Source: a virus. Taken from it: a DNA stretch of 44,538 nucleotides. The stretch's first letter is position 1. Each line of letters begins with the position of its first letter. The notes beneath the pieces are model-generated. The model was not told where the DNA came from. It saw only the letters and a program-made list of their open reading frames with translations, and did no database searches. The position numbers and the translations under genes were made by a program. The stretch is from IMG/VR virus record IMGVR_UViG_3300038313_000260; one strand, written 5' to 3'. Below are positions 9,719-16,895 of the stretch, piece by piece.

Positions 9719-10846
9719 ATGGCAAATGGTAATTTTGCAGGTGGAGATGGAACAGTTAACAATCCATATTTAATAGAGGATGCACATGACTTAAATGCGG
9801 TTAGAAATGAATTAGATAAACATTATAAATTAATAAAAGATATAGATTTAAATGTACCGCCTTATAATGAAGGTGAAGGGTGGATACCCATAAAAGATTT
9901 TAATGGGGTTTTCAATGGAGAAGGAAATAAAATAGAAAATTTATTTATTGACATACCAAGTAGCTATATTGGTGAATTTTGTGGAGGCTTTTTTGATAAT
10001 GTGCTTTGTGCTTCTATAGTGAAAAATTTAATGATAAAAAACGCTAATATAAGTATAAATACTACAAATAGTCAAGTTGGTGTTCTAGCCAGAGTCTGTT
10101 ACGGAAAAATATTGAATTGTTCAGTAACAGGAGGAACTCTTTTTACGGTGGGTAGTAATAATATTGGAGCTTTTGCAGGTGCATTAGTACATAAGGAAGG
10201 CACAAGCTCACCTGCGTTATTACAAAATTGTCATTCTAACATAGTCATCAATGCCACCAACACAGGGAATACCAGTTTAGGTGGTTTGATAGGAACTAGC
10301 AACGGGGGAAGCATAAAAAATTCATACTACACAGGTTTAAATCCTAATGGAAAAGGGGGGTTAGTGGGTAGACTATTCGACAATAGTGGTTTACTTAGTT
10401 CAGTGACAGATTCTTTTTGGGACAAAGAGTCCACTGGGCAACTAACTTCGCCAGGAGGAGGTACAGGCTTAACAACTCAGCAAATGCAAACAGCACAAAC
10501 ATTTATAGATGCTGGTTGGGATAAAGAAGTGTTGGAAGATGGAACTCCTATATGGATATTAAAAGACGGACAATACCCTAAACTATGGTTTGAAAAAACA
10601 CCTTATAAATTTCTTATAAAACAAAACAACCAATATTACACAATAAAACCAGAATTTTATTCAAATGGACAATTTCAACCTTTAACATTAGAAGGTGGAG
10701 AACAACCTAATGAAAATGATTATGAAAACTTTGGATTTGAGAATATAGATGTATTGACAAAAGAAATGACTGTGGACGTAGAAACATTTAGACCATATGA
10801 GAAACTAAATGATGAGTTTGAAATTTTAATGTACGTTGATAAGTAA
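9719..10846 (+). CDS. GLUG-motif beta-helix protein (adhesin/fibre-like), own transcription unit
   Basis: N-terminus G-G-DGT-NPYLI...L...YKLIKDIDL...W-PI..F-G-F-G-GNKI-NL. Repeated GGLIG/GGLVG motifs. C-terminal FWD-E-TG...GG-GLTT-QM...GWD...W...YPKLW signature of GLUG-domain proteins. GAGGAG RBS. Confidence 0.7.
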   Translation: MANGNFAGGDGTVNNPYLIEDAHDLNAVRNELDKHYKLIKDIDLNVPPYNEGEGWIPIKDFNGVFNGEGNKIENLFIDIPSSYIGEFCGGFFDNVLCASIVKNLMIKNANISINTTNSQVGVLARVCYGKILNCSVTGGTLFTVGSNNIGAFAGALVHKEGTSSPALLQNCHSNIVINATNTGNTSLGGLIGTSNGGSIKNSYYTGLNPNGKGGLVGRLFDNSGLLSSVTDSFWDKESTGQLTSPGGGTGLTTQQMQTAQTFIDAGWDKEVLEDGTPIWILKDGQYPKLWFEKTPYKFLIKQNNQYYTIKPEFYSNGQFQPLTLEGGEQPNENDYENFGFENIDVLTKEMTVDVETFRPYEKLNDEFEILMYVDK

Positions 10847-10890
10847 TAACTAAAAAAGTCTTTTTTATTATGTAAAAGGAAGGTATAGCA

Positions 10891-11124
10891 ATGAATGATG
10901 AACTAATAGAGCATAAGTTAGGAGTCCATGACACTAAACTTAATGACCACAGCAAGCGAATAGATGAATTAGAAAAGAGTAGAGCTGCTACAGATGTTAT
11001 GATGGAGAACCTGTGTGAAAAGCTTGAAGCACAAACAAAAAGTATAAATTGGTTAATAGGACTTATGGCAACTAGTTTGTTAGGGTTCTTTTTTTATGCA
11101 ATTCAGCACAATTTATTTAAATAG
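10891..11124 (+). CDS. xhlA: XhlA-like lysis-associated membrane protein
   Basis: 77 aa. N-terminal coiled coil with H-D-KLNDHSKRIDELE, and a C-terminal TM helix. Lies immediately upstream of holin and endolysin, as in PBSX-type cassettes. Confidence 0.7.
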   Translation: MNDELIEHKLGVHDTKLNDHSKRIDELEKSRAATDVMMENLCEKLEAQTKSINWLIGLMATSLLGFFFYAIQHNLFK

Positions 11125-11140
11125 AAAGGTAGGTGTGTAA

Positions 11141-11335
11141 ATGAAGTTTTTAGAGCAATTTCTACAAATAAAAAAGATAATAGCATTATTAACTACTATA
11201 GTATTTTGTATTTTAGCTTGTAGAGGAAATATAAGCAGCACAGAATTTTTAACTATATTTAGTATGGTTATAGCATTTTATTTTGGACAGTCTAGTGCTA
11301 GACAAGCGGCTAAAGAAAGTAAGGAGCAGGAATAA
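11141..11335 (+). CDS. Holin (64 aa, two TM helices, charged C-terminus)
   Basis: Hydrophobic segments IIALLTTIVFCILA and FLTIFSMVIAFYF, then the tail KESKEQE. Lies directly before the endolysin. Confidence 0.75.
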   Translation: MKFLEQFLQIKKIIALLTTIVFCILACRGNISSTEFLTIFSMVIAFYFGQSSARQAAKESKEQE

Positions 11336-11377
11336 AAGCCTGTCCTTTTTTTATTAAATTTATAGGAGGTAATGTAA

Positions 11378-12217
11378 GTGTTAAAAGGTATAGATGTAAG
11401 TATGCATAATGGTAACATTAATTTTAATGCTGTAAAGAATAATGATATTAATGTAGTCATTGTAAAGGCTACCGAAGGGGTTAATTATATAGATCCATTT
11501 TTAGGGCAACATTATAATGGAGCTAAAGCAGCAGGAATAAATATAGGTTTTTACCACTTCATGTCGGAGAAAACAAGCCCTACTCAACAAGCTACAGATT
11601 TTTGGAACGCTATTAAAGATAAACAATTTAATATAATTCCAGCTTTAGACATAGAAACCAATAATATGGGTAGGAGTGCTAAAGAAATATCGGATAGATG
11701 TATAGAATTCTTAACTAAATTTAAAGCTCTTAGTGGAATGAATTGTATGATTTATACAGGCGGTTATTTTGGAAGGGACAACTTAGATAGCAGGGTTAAA
11801 AAATATCCTGGTTGGATAGCTCATTATGGGGTAAATGCTCCTATGGAAACTGGATTTGAAGTTATAGGGCACCAGTATACGGAGCATGGAATAGTTAATG
11901 GCATTAATGGCAATGTAGACTTAAACAATTTCTCAGAAAAAATATTTTTAAATGCTAATAAAGAGGAGGAAAAGAAAGTGGAGAATTTAGTAGTATATAA
12001 TAATATAGCAGACCAAAGGGCGGCAGAGTACTTAGCAGACCATTTAAATTGCCCTACTATATTGGGAAGCAGACCGTTTAATTATAATTGCGTTAAGAAT
12101 GTAATAGGTGTAGGCGGTAAGAAAGAGCAATACACAACCTACCTAACGAAGCTTATATCTGGGAGAAGCCGCTTCGATACTATGCAGGCAGTGCTAAACT
12201 ATATAAATAAGAAGTAA
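11378..12217 (+). CDS. Endolysin: GH25 muramidase domain plus clostridial-type C-terminal domain
   Basis: N-terminus LKGIDVS-HNG-INF..V......VIVKATEG..Y.D......Y.GAKAAG...GFYHF is typical of GH25 lysozymes. AGGAGG RBS before the GTG start. Confidence 0.85.
   Translation: MLKGIDVSMHNGNINFNAVKNNDINVVIVKATEGVNYIDPFLGQHYNGAKAAGINIGFYHFMSEKTSPTQQATDFWNAIKDKQFNIIPALDIETNNMGRSAKEISDRCIEFLTKFKALSGMNCMIYTGGYFGRDNLDSRVKKYPGWIAHYGVNAPMETGFEVIGHQYTEHGIVNGINGNVDLNNFSEKIFLNANKEEEKKVENLVVYNNIADQRAAEYLADHLNCPTILGSRPFNYNCVKNVIGVGGKKEQYTTYLTKLISGRSRFDTMQAVLNYINKK
11964..11980 (+). promoter_or_regulatory. In-frame internal translation start candidate inside the endolysin (AGGAGG-8 nt-GTG)
   Basis: AGGAGG at 11964-11969 and GTG at 11978-11980, in the endolysin frame, exactly at the linker/C-terminal-domain boundary (..NKEEEKK-V-ENLVVY..). 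Confidence 0.45.
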
Positions 12218-12222
12218 ATTTT

Positions 12223-12263
12223 AGAGGTAGCTGAGGGAATATCCTTTGCTACCTCTTTTTTTA
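12223..12263 (+). terminator. Rho-independent terminator after the lysis cassette
   Basis: Stem AGAGGTAGC (12223-12231) pairs with GCTACCTCT (12248-12256), followed by TTTTTTT. Confidence 0.85.
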
Positions 12264-12568
12264 TTTTATAAGCAAAAAGAAAACTTAAACTTAAAAAGCG
12301 CTCCCTATAAATTCTAAAATCCCATAAAAACATACATAAGGTTTTAAATAAAAAGCAGTGCGAAATAGGCAAAAGTTGCAAATATCGAAAAGCATATGCA
12401 TATGGCAGTTGTAAAATGCACTGCCTTTTACAACAAATTTTAAAAATAAAAATATAGATAAATAAAGATCCATAACCTTGTCCAATGTATTTTTTGCTCT
12501 ATAAATTTTTAAGCGAAGATTCTATAAATAAAATGGGATGCAAAACTATTGTTAGGGCAGCACTATAT

Positions 12569-12603
12569 AAAAAAGCGGGGGAAGGTATCATGCATTCCCT
12601 CGC
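12569..12603 (-). terminator. Rho-independent terminator (minus strand) downstream of the 12688-12870 gene
   Basis: On the minus strand, GCGAGGGAA pairs with TTCCCCCGC (plus-strand coordinates 12575-12583 and 12595-12603), followed by TTTTTT (plus-strand A-tract 12569-12574). Confidence 0.7.
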
Positions 12604-12687
12604 CCGTATAGCTGCACTATTTTTATATTTATATATAGGAAGGAATAAAAAAATAGAAATAAAAAAGCACTATCCCTCTAAACATTT

Positions 12688-12870
12688 TTAATACCATTCT
12701 ACAGCTCCATTTAACTTCTGGTACACTCTAATCCAGCTACCGTTTTTAAAATTTACTTTAACACTACATACCACATTCTTCATTTCAAAATCTTCATATC
12801 CTTTAATTTCTTCTCTAAATTCCTCAGACTGTAAATCATAGTAATAATTAAATAATTCTTTTTTATTCAT
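12688..12870 (-). CDS. Small reverse-strand moron protein (60 aa; start at the MNKKELF Met)
   Basis: AAGGAGG RBS 7 nt before the internal ATG at 12870. Own terminator. Located between the lysis cassette and attP, the typical lysogenic-conversion slot. Function unknown. Confidence 0.6.
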   Translation of the reverse strand: MNKKELFNYYYDLQSEEFREEIKGYEDFEMKNVVCSVKVNFKNGSWIRVYQKLNGAVEWY

Positions 12871-12914
12871 TTTGAAACCTCCTTGAATTTTAACACTCAA
12901 TTAGTACTTTCACT

Positions 12915-12934
12915 TTCCCACATCTTTCCCACAT
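12915..12934 (+). repeat. Arm-type repeat pair TTCCCACAT x2 (11-bp spacing), left of the attP core
   Basis: TTCCCACAT at 12915-12923 and 12926-12934. The same motif recurs at 13123-13142 and 13182-13202. Confidence 0.6.
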
Positions 12935-13042
12935 TAGTTTTAAAATAGTGTATATTAATATAGAATGTAACAGTGAATGAAGTCCACTATACCAATGGTT
13001 ATAGGGGAAAGCATTTAATTAAATATTTATTTATATCAAATC

Positions 13043-13070
13043 AGGGGTTCGATTCCCCTTGGAGCTACCA
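13043..13070 (+). other. tRNA 3' fragment (T-arm, acceptor 3' strand, discriminator, CCA), probable attP core
   Basis: AGGGG-TTCGATT-CCCCT-TGGAGCT-A-CCA is a canonical T stem-loop and acceptor end. No matching 5' acceptor strand (AGCTCCA) occurs within 100 nt upstream, so it is not a complete tRNA. Confidence 0.7.
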
Positions 13071-13083
13071 TATGTTGAAATGC

Positions 13084-13118
13084 AAGAGTTTACAAAGATG
13101 TAAGCTCTTTTATTTTTG
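13084..13118 (+). terminator. Rho-independent terminator just downstream of the tRNA fragment
   Basis: Stem AAGAGTTTA (13084-13092) pairs with TAAGCTCTT (13101-13109), followed by TTATTTTT. It would terminate the reconstituted tRNA gene after integration. Confidence 0.6.
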
Positions 13119-13122
13119 CATT

Positions 13123-13142
13123 TTCCCACACTATTCCCACAT
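13123..13142 (+). repeat. Arm-type repeat pair TTCCCACA(C/T) x2 (11-bp spacing), right of the attP core
   Basis: TTCCCACAC at 13123-13131 and TTCCCACAT at 13134-13142. Confidence 0.6.
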
Positions 13143-13181
13143 TAGAAAAGTATAAAAATAAAAAGATATAAACAAAGTAGT

Positions 13182-13202
13182 TTCCCACATTTATTCCCTC
13201 AT
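13182..13202 (+). repeat. Third arm-type repeat pair (TTCCCACAT plus the variant TTCCCTCAT) abutting the integrase 3' end
   Basis: 13182-13190 and 13194-13202. Confidence 0.5.
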
Positions 13203-13208
13203 CTAAAT

Positions 13209-14372
13209 TTATATAAATAAGCTATTTAATTTTTCAACCGCTGAAATTTTTTCTTTAGGCATTACATGAGTATATATATTAGCTGTGATTGAAATGTCAG
13301 AATGTCCTAGAAGGGTTTGAACAGTTTTAAGAGGGACATTTGCTTCAAATAATTTCGTGGCATAAGTATGACGCAAGGCATGAAATTTCTTGTGAGGTAT
13401 TTTAGCTTTTTTTAATAGATTTTTATAACTCATGAATAAATTTTTAGTGCTTAAAGGATTTCCAGTTGCAGTAGCGAAAATAAAATTATTATCCAAATAG
13501 GAAGGACCTGCTTTTATTTTTTCTAATTTTTGTTCTTTCTCATGTTCTTTTAAAACAGGAATTAAGGTTGAAGGAATAGGAACAATCCTATTAGATGTTT
13601 TGCTTTTAGGAGCCTGGGTTATAACTTCATGTCTTGAAGAACCATCAGATTCTATTATTTTTACACGTTTTATAGTTTTTTCAACCTTAACTTCCTTTAA
13701 GTCTGTGTCAATATCACTCCATTTTAATGCTAGGAGTTCTCCTTGCCTTAAACCAGTACCCAAAGCCATAAGTATTAAGCATTTCAATCTGTGCCCATTT
13801 AAAGCTTGTTTTAAAGTGTCTATTTCAGCATCAGTAAATATTGCAATTTCTGTGTCTTTAACATCTTTTTTACCTGGAATAATTATTTTTTTACCAGAAC
13901 AAGGATTCTTTAAAATATATCCTTCATCAACTGCGTAATTTAAAAATTGATTTAATAATTTATTTAGGCTTTTTATTGAACTACTGCTTTTACCATTATT
14001 GTAAAGATTATTATAGTATCTTTGAACTTGAAGGGATTTTAAGTCAGATAGTTTTAAGCTATATAATTCACTTTCTTTTATATAATTTCTGTATATTCCT
14101 TCGTAGCGTTCAAAAGAAGTTGGTTTAACTTTTATTTTCACAACTTCAAATAACCAAGTGTGCATTAAATTCCCTAATATTGTATCTTTATAATTTATAT
14201 TAAGACCATTTTTTATATTATTTATATATTCATCACGTTTATCCTCAGCTTCTGTTTTACTTTTACCATAGAATTCTTTCCTAATTAGCTTACCATTAGC
14301 ATCTCTCCCTATAGAGGTTGTTACTCTAAAATAATCATTACCGTTTTTGGTGTAGTTAGTCTTACGCGCCAT
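13209..14372 (-). CDS. int: Tyrosine integrase with N-terminal arm-type DNA-binding domain
   Basis: C-terminus HALRHTYATKL...LLGHSDISITANIYTHV (R-H-R-Y catalytic set). N-terminus MARKTNYTKNGNDYFRV...GK..RKEFYGKSKTEAE is typical of the AP2-like arm-binding domain. Adjacent to the attP candidate. Confidence 0.92.
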   Translation of the reverse strand: MARKTNYTKNGNDYFRVTTSIGRDANGKLIRKEFYGKSKTEAEDKRDEYINNIKNGLNINYKDTILGNLMHTWLFEVVKIKVKPTSFERYEGIYRNYIKESELYSLKLSDLKSLQVQRYYNNLYNNGKSSSSIKSLNKLLNQFLNYAVDEGYILKNPCSGKKIIIPGKKDVKDTEIAIFTDAEIDTLKQALNGHRLKCLILMALGTGLRQGELLALKWSDIDTDLKEVKVEKTIKRVKIIESDGSSRHEVITQAPKSKTSNRIVPIPSTLIPVLKEHEKEQKLEKIKAGPSYLDNNFIFATATGNPLSTKNLFMSYKNLLKKAKIPHKKFHALRHTYATKLFEANVPLKTVQTLLGHSDISITANIYTHVMPKEKISAVEKLNSLFI

Positions 14373-14491
14373 AAGCTTCCCCTTCCTTCTATAAATTTAT
14401 TATTTGCTCCAAAGCCTTTAGTTTCATTTAAATCTTTATATTTTACTTTGATGTCTAAATAAGAAATTATTTTTAACGGATTTCTTGTGTT

Positions 14492-14522
14492 ATATTTTGC
14501 TATAGTTAGTTTTGCGTGCTAT
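14492..14522 (-). pseudogene. Decayed duplicate of the integrase 5' end (ATA-GCA-CGC-AAA-ACT-AAC-TAT...)
   Basis: 14501-14522 matches 14351-14372 at 17/22 positions, exactly 150 bp away. The start codon is mutated ATG to ATA and a stop follows after 10 codons. Confidence 0.5.
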
Positions 14523-14536
14523 ATAATATCTACCCC

Positions 14537-14797
14537 TTATTTAATTCTTCTCAAAATAACTTCTTCGTGTTTTGCAACTTCATGTTCAATTCTGTTAAGC
14601 TGTTCGCTATTTTGCTTATAGCCATCAAATAATGCATTAAGTTTTTCTCCATGTTCATTCTCAATTTTAATAACAGTTTTTTCAACATTAGCTAATCGAG
14701 AACTTAAATCATCTTGCCCCTTCTTTAAATTATCTTGACCATCTTTTAAGTCAGCATACATCTTCTCCATTAAGTCAAATATTTTTTCACTTTCCAT
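14537..14797 (-). CDS. Coiled-coil protein, paralog 1 of 3 (87 aa from the MESEK start)
   Basis: GGGAG-N10-ATG. N-terminus MESEKIFDLMEKMYADLK is shared with the next two genes. Heptad-rich. Confidence 0.65.
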   Translation of the reverse strand: MESEKIFDLMEKMYADLKDGQDNLKKGQDDLSSRLANVEKTVIKIENEHGEKLNALFDGYKQNSEQLNRIEHEVAKHEEVILRRIK

Positions 14798-14823
14798 TTT
14801 TATCATTCTCCCTTTCATAAATT

Positions 14824-15252
14824 TTAAACAGGTCTACGTTTCAATATCTCAATATCTACTTGATGATGCCCGATAATATCCTTCATTGCTTCAATAGTTT
14901 CCTTGCTTTCCTTTACATCTTGTGTCGTACTTTTTAAAGCTGTTTCAACTAAATCAAAATGTTCGTTAACCATAGCATCTGAATTCTTAAAAGAAAGTTC
15001 ATTTTGTTCTTTATGAGCAGTTTGGACTTCAGCAACAGTATTAATCTTATTTTCTATAGATTCAAGGGATACAGAGTTCTTTTTAACTTCTGTTTCAACA
15101 TTAGCTGATCGGGAACTTAAATCATCTTGACCTTTTTTTAAATTATCCTGACCATCTTTTAAACCATTGATGTCACCTTTTAAGTCATTGATGTCGCCTT
15201 TCAAGTCAGCATACATCTTTTCCATAAGCTCAAATATTTTTTCATTTTCCAT
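14824..15252 (-). CDS. Coiled-coil protein, paralog 2 of 3 (142 aa)
   Basis: GAGGAG RBS. N-terminus MENEKIFELMEKMYADLK. Contains a 21-bp tandem duplication encoding LKGDINDLKGDINGLK. About 100 nt are near-identical to paralog 1. Confidence 0.7.
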   Translation of the reverse strand: MENEKIFELMEKMYADLKGDINDLKGDINGLKDGQDNLKKGQDDLSSRSANVETEVKKNSVSLESIENKINTVAEVQTAHKEQNELSFKNSDAMVNEHFDLVETALKSTTQDVKESKETIEAMKDIIGHHQVDIEILKRRPV

Positions 15253-15296
15253 TTTATCAGTCTCCTCTACTTTTTATACTTATATCCAATTAGCTC

Positions 15297-15773
15297 TTAA
15301 CCTTGCATCTTTTCATCTAAGCGTCTTTCAAATTCAATAACTTTATTTTCGGTTTTTACTGCCTTAGAAGTAGTGGTATTAACGTCAATTTGTAAATCAT
15401 CTATTTTTTCACTTAGTTTATTAAAGTTTTGGCCTAATGTTTTAGATGTATTGCTGACGGCAAGCTCTATAACATCAAGTCTGTCATTTATACTTCTCTT
15501 ATCATCATTATTATTGCGCCCTATTTGGCTCCTGAATGATTCTTGACCTTCTGCAAGTAATTTTACATTGCTATCAACTTTTTCAAGTAATATAGAGCTT
15601 TTAGCAGTATCAGCTTTTAAGTCTTTAACATTACTTTCAACATTGCTGAGCCTGTTATTCATTTTCTGCATTTCTGAATACATGTTATCCATTCTTGAAG
15701 TCATTTTGTCGAACTTGTTGTTCATTTCAGAATACATTTTAGACATTAAATCAAAAGTCTTATCGCTTTCCAT
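15297..15773 (-). CDS. Coiled-coil protein, paralog 3 of 3 (158 aa from the MESDK start)
   Basis: AAGGAG-N10-ATG. N-terminus MESDKTFDLMSKMYSEM. More diverged than the other two. Confidence 0.65.
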   Translation of the reverse strand: MESDKTFDLMSKMYSEMNNKFDKMTSRMDNMYSEMQKMNNRLSNVESNVKDLKADTAKSSILLEKVDSNVKLLAEGQESFRSQIGRNNNDDKRSINDRLDVIELAVSNTSKTLGQNFNKLSEKIDDLQIDVNTTTSKAVKTENKVIEFERRLDEKMQG

Positions 15774-15822
15774 CTTTATCAATCTCCTTTTCATTTAAGA
15801 TATTTATATTAACCTTAATGGG

Positions 15823-16287
15823 TTAAAACTTTTTTATAATCCCAAAATGGGGTTCGAACATTACTATGTAATTATCTATTTCAAAGTAGGCGCCATACTT
15901 TTCTCTATAATGCTGAATTGCTTCCTCTAAAAATTCCTCTGTAACTTCTAGGTATTCAGCTAATTCACATCTATTTCTGGCACCACTATTATAGGCATTT
16001 ACTATGTCAATAATACCTACTAATTTTTCATAACCCCAGTTGCGAGCTTTCTTCTCCTGTTTTACATTTTCAATTTTGTTTTGGTTGGTAATATTACCTA
16101 CAGTTTTATTATAATGCCCTAATTCTTCCGCTAGAATAACGTGTTTTTGTTTATCAAGTAAATTTCTATTTATTAATACTTTATTATTAGAGTAATAGCC
16201 ACATTCCTCACAATCCCCAAAATCTATCTCTTTAATTTTTATCTTATGTTTTTCAGCTTCAACTAATAAACTTTCGTATTTTGTCAT
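15823..16287 (-). CDS. ImmA/IrrE-like (M78-type) peptidase homolog with variant EELGH motif
   Basis: VILAEELGHY sits where the family has HExxH. Size is about 150 aa. Lies directly downstream of the XRE repressor in the same operon, the ImmR/ImmA arrangement. Confidence 0.7.
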   Translation of the reverse strand: MTKYESLLVEAEKHKIKIKEIDFGDCEECGYYSNNKVLINRNLLDKQKHVILAEELGHYNKTVGNITNQNKIENVKQEKKARNWGYEKLVGIIDIVNAYNSGARNRCELAEYLEVTEEFLEEAIQHYREKYGAYFEIDNYIVMFEPHFGIIKKF

Positions 16288-16304
16288 GTAACCCCCTTAT
16301 GAGA

Positions 16305-16733
16305 TTATTCCTCATCCATCTCTTTAAAAATCTCTTTTGCTTTATTTAATCTTTCTTTAGATTTTTCAGGGGATAATCCATCATCATGTGCTGCTAAGGT
16401 ATAAATTTCATTTTCTTCTTGTGTATATTTATTTATTTCAGTTAATTCAGATACTCTTTTGATAGCTTCATCTTTACCGGTTTCATTTAGTTTATTGAAG
16501 TTTGATATTAATGTTGTTTCTTTTTTATCTTTAATTTCAATGTCATCATCAAAATCGTCAAGTGTGCACCCTAATACTTTTGATAAAGCTTTTAGCGTTT
16601 CTAATTTAGGGTCTTTGGTAGTTCTATTTAATATTTTGTTTAAAGTTCCCAATGGCACTCCAGACATTTCGGAAAGTTCCTTTGATGTAAGATTCTTTTT
16701 CTTTTTTAATTCTTCTATAATTTCTAGTCCCAT
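16305..16733 (-). CDS. CI-like XRE-family repressor
   Basis: N-terminal HTH LTSKELSEMSGVPLGTLNKILNRTT. Divergent from the Cro-like gene. AGGGAG RBS. Confidence 0.85.
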   Translation of the reverse strand: MGLEIIEELKKKKNLTSKELSEMSGVPLGTLNKILNRTTKDPKLETLKALSKVLGCTLDDFDDDIEIKDKKETTLISNFNKLNETGKDEAIKRVSELTEINKYTQEENEIYTLAAHDDGLSPEKSKERLNKAKEIFKEMDEE

Positions 16734-16754
16734 ATTATCACTCCCTTGATATAC

Positions 16755-16880
16755 ATTATATAACGGTAATATTTTACCGTCAACTATTATTTTACCGTTA
16801 AATATAAAAATATTTTAAAAAAGGCATTGACTTTTACCGTTGAAGGGTATATTATATGATTAAACAAACCGTTAATGGTA
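16755..16880. promoter_or_regulatory. Lysis-lysogeny switch: divergent sigma-A promoters with ACGGTAA/TTACCGT operator sites
   Basis: Leftward promoter TTGACG-17-TATAAT (plus-strand coordinates 16778-16783 and 16755-16760), with the palindrome ACGGTAA-N4-TTACCGT (16763-16780) in its spacer. Rightward promoter TTGACT (16827-16832)-17-TATTAT (16850-16855), with TTACCGT (16834-16840) in its spacer. Further half-sites at 16792-16798 and 16868-16879. Confidence 0.7.
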
Positions 16881-16895
16881 AATGGAGATGATAAA

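Noticed and set aside
11318-11352. Imperfect hairpin plus T7 run between holin and endolysin as a terminator
   Set aside because: The stem has a mismatch and a wobble pair, and it would uncouple holin from endolysin. It may be an attenuator, but the evidence is too weak to call.
12960-13070. Possibility of a complete tRNA gene
   Set aside because: The T-arm/acceptor/CCA part is perfect, but no complementary 5' acceptor strand (AGCTCCA) and no credible anticodon arm lie within 100 nt upstream. A CTATACC..GGTTATAG hairpin at about 12987-13004 does not fit D-arm geometry. I treat it as a 3' fragment only.
12973-13155. 60-aa plus-strand ORF across the attP region
   Set aside because: It spans the tRNA fragment, the terminator hairpin and the arm repeats. 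It has no RBS, and its sequence is better explained as non-coding attP.
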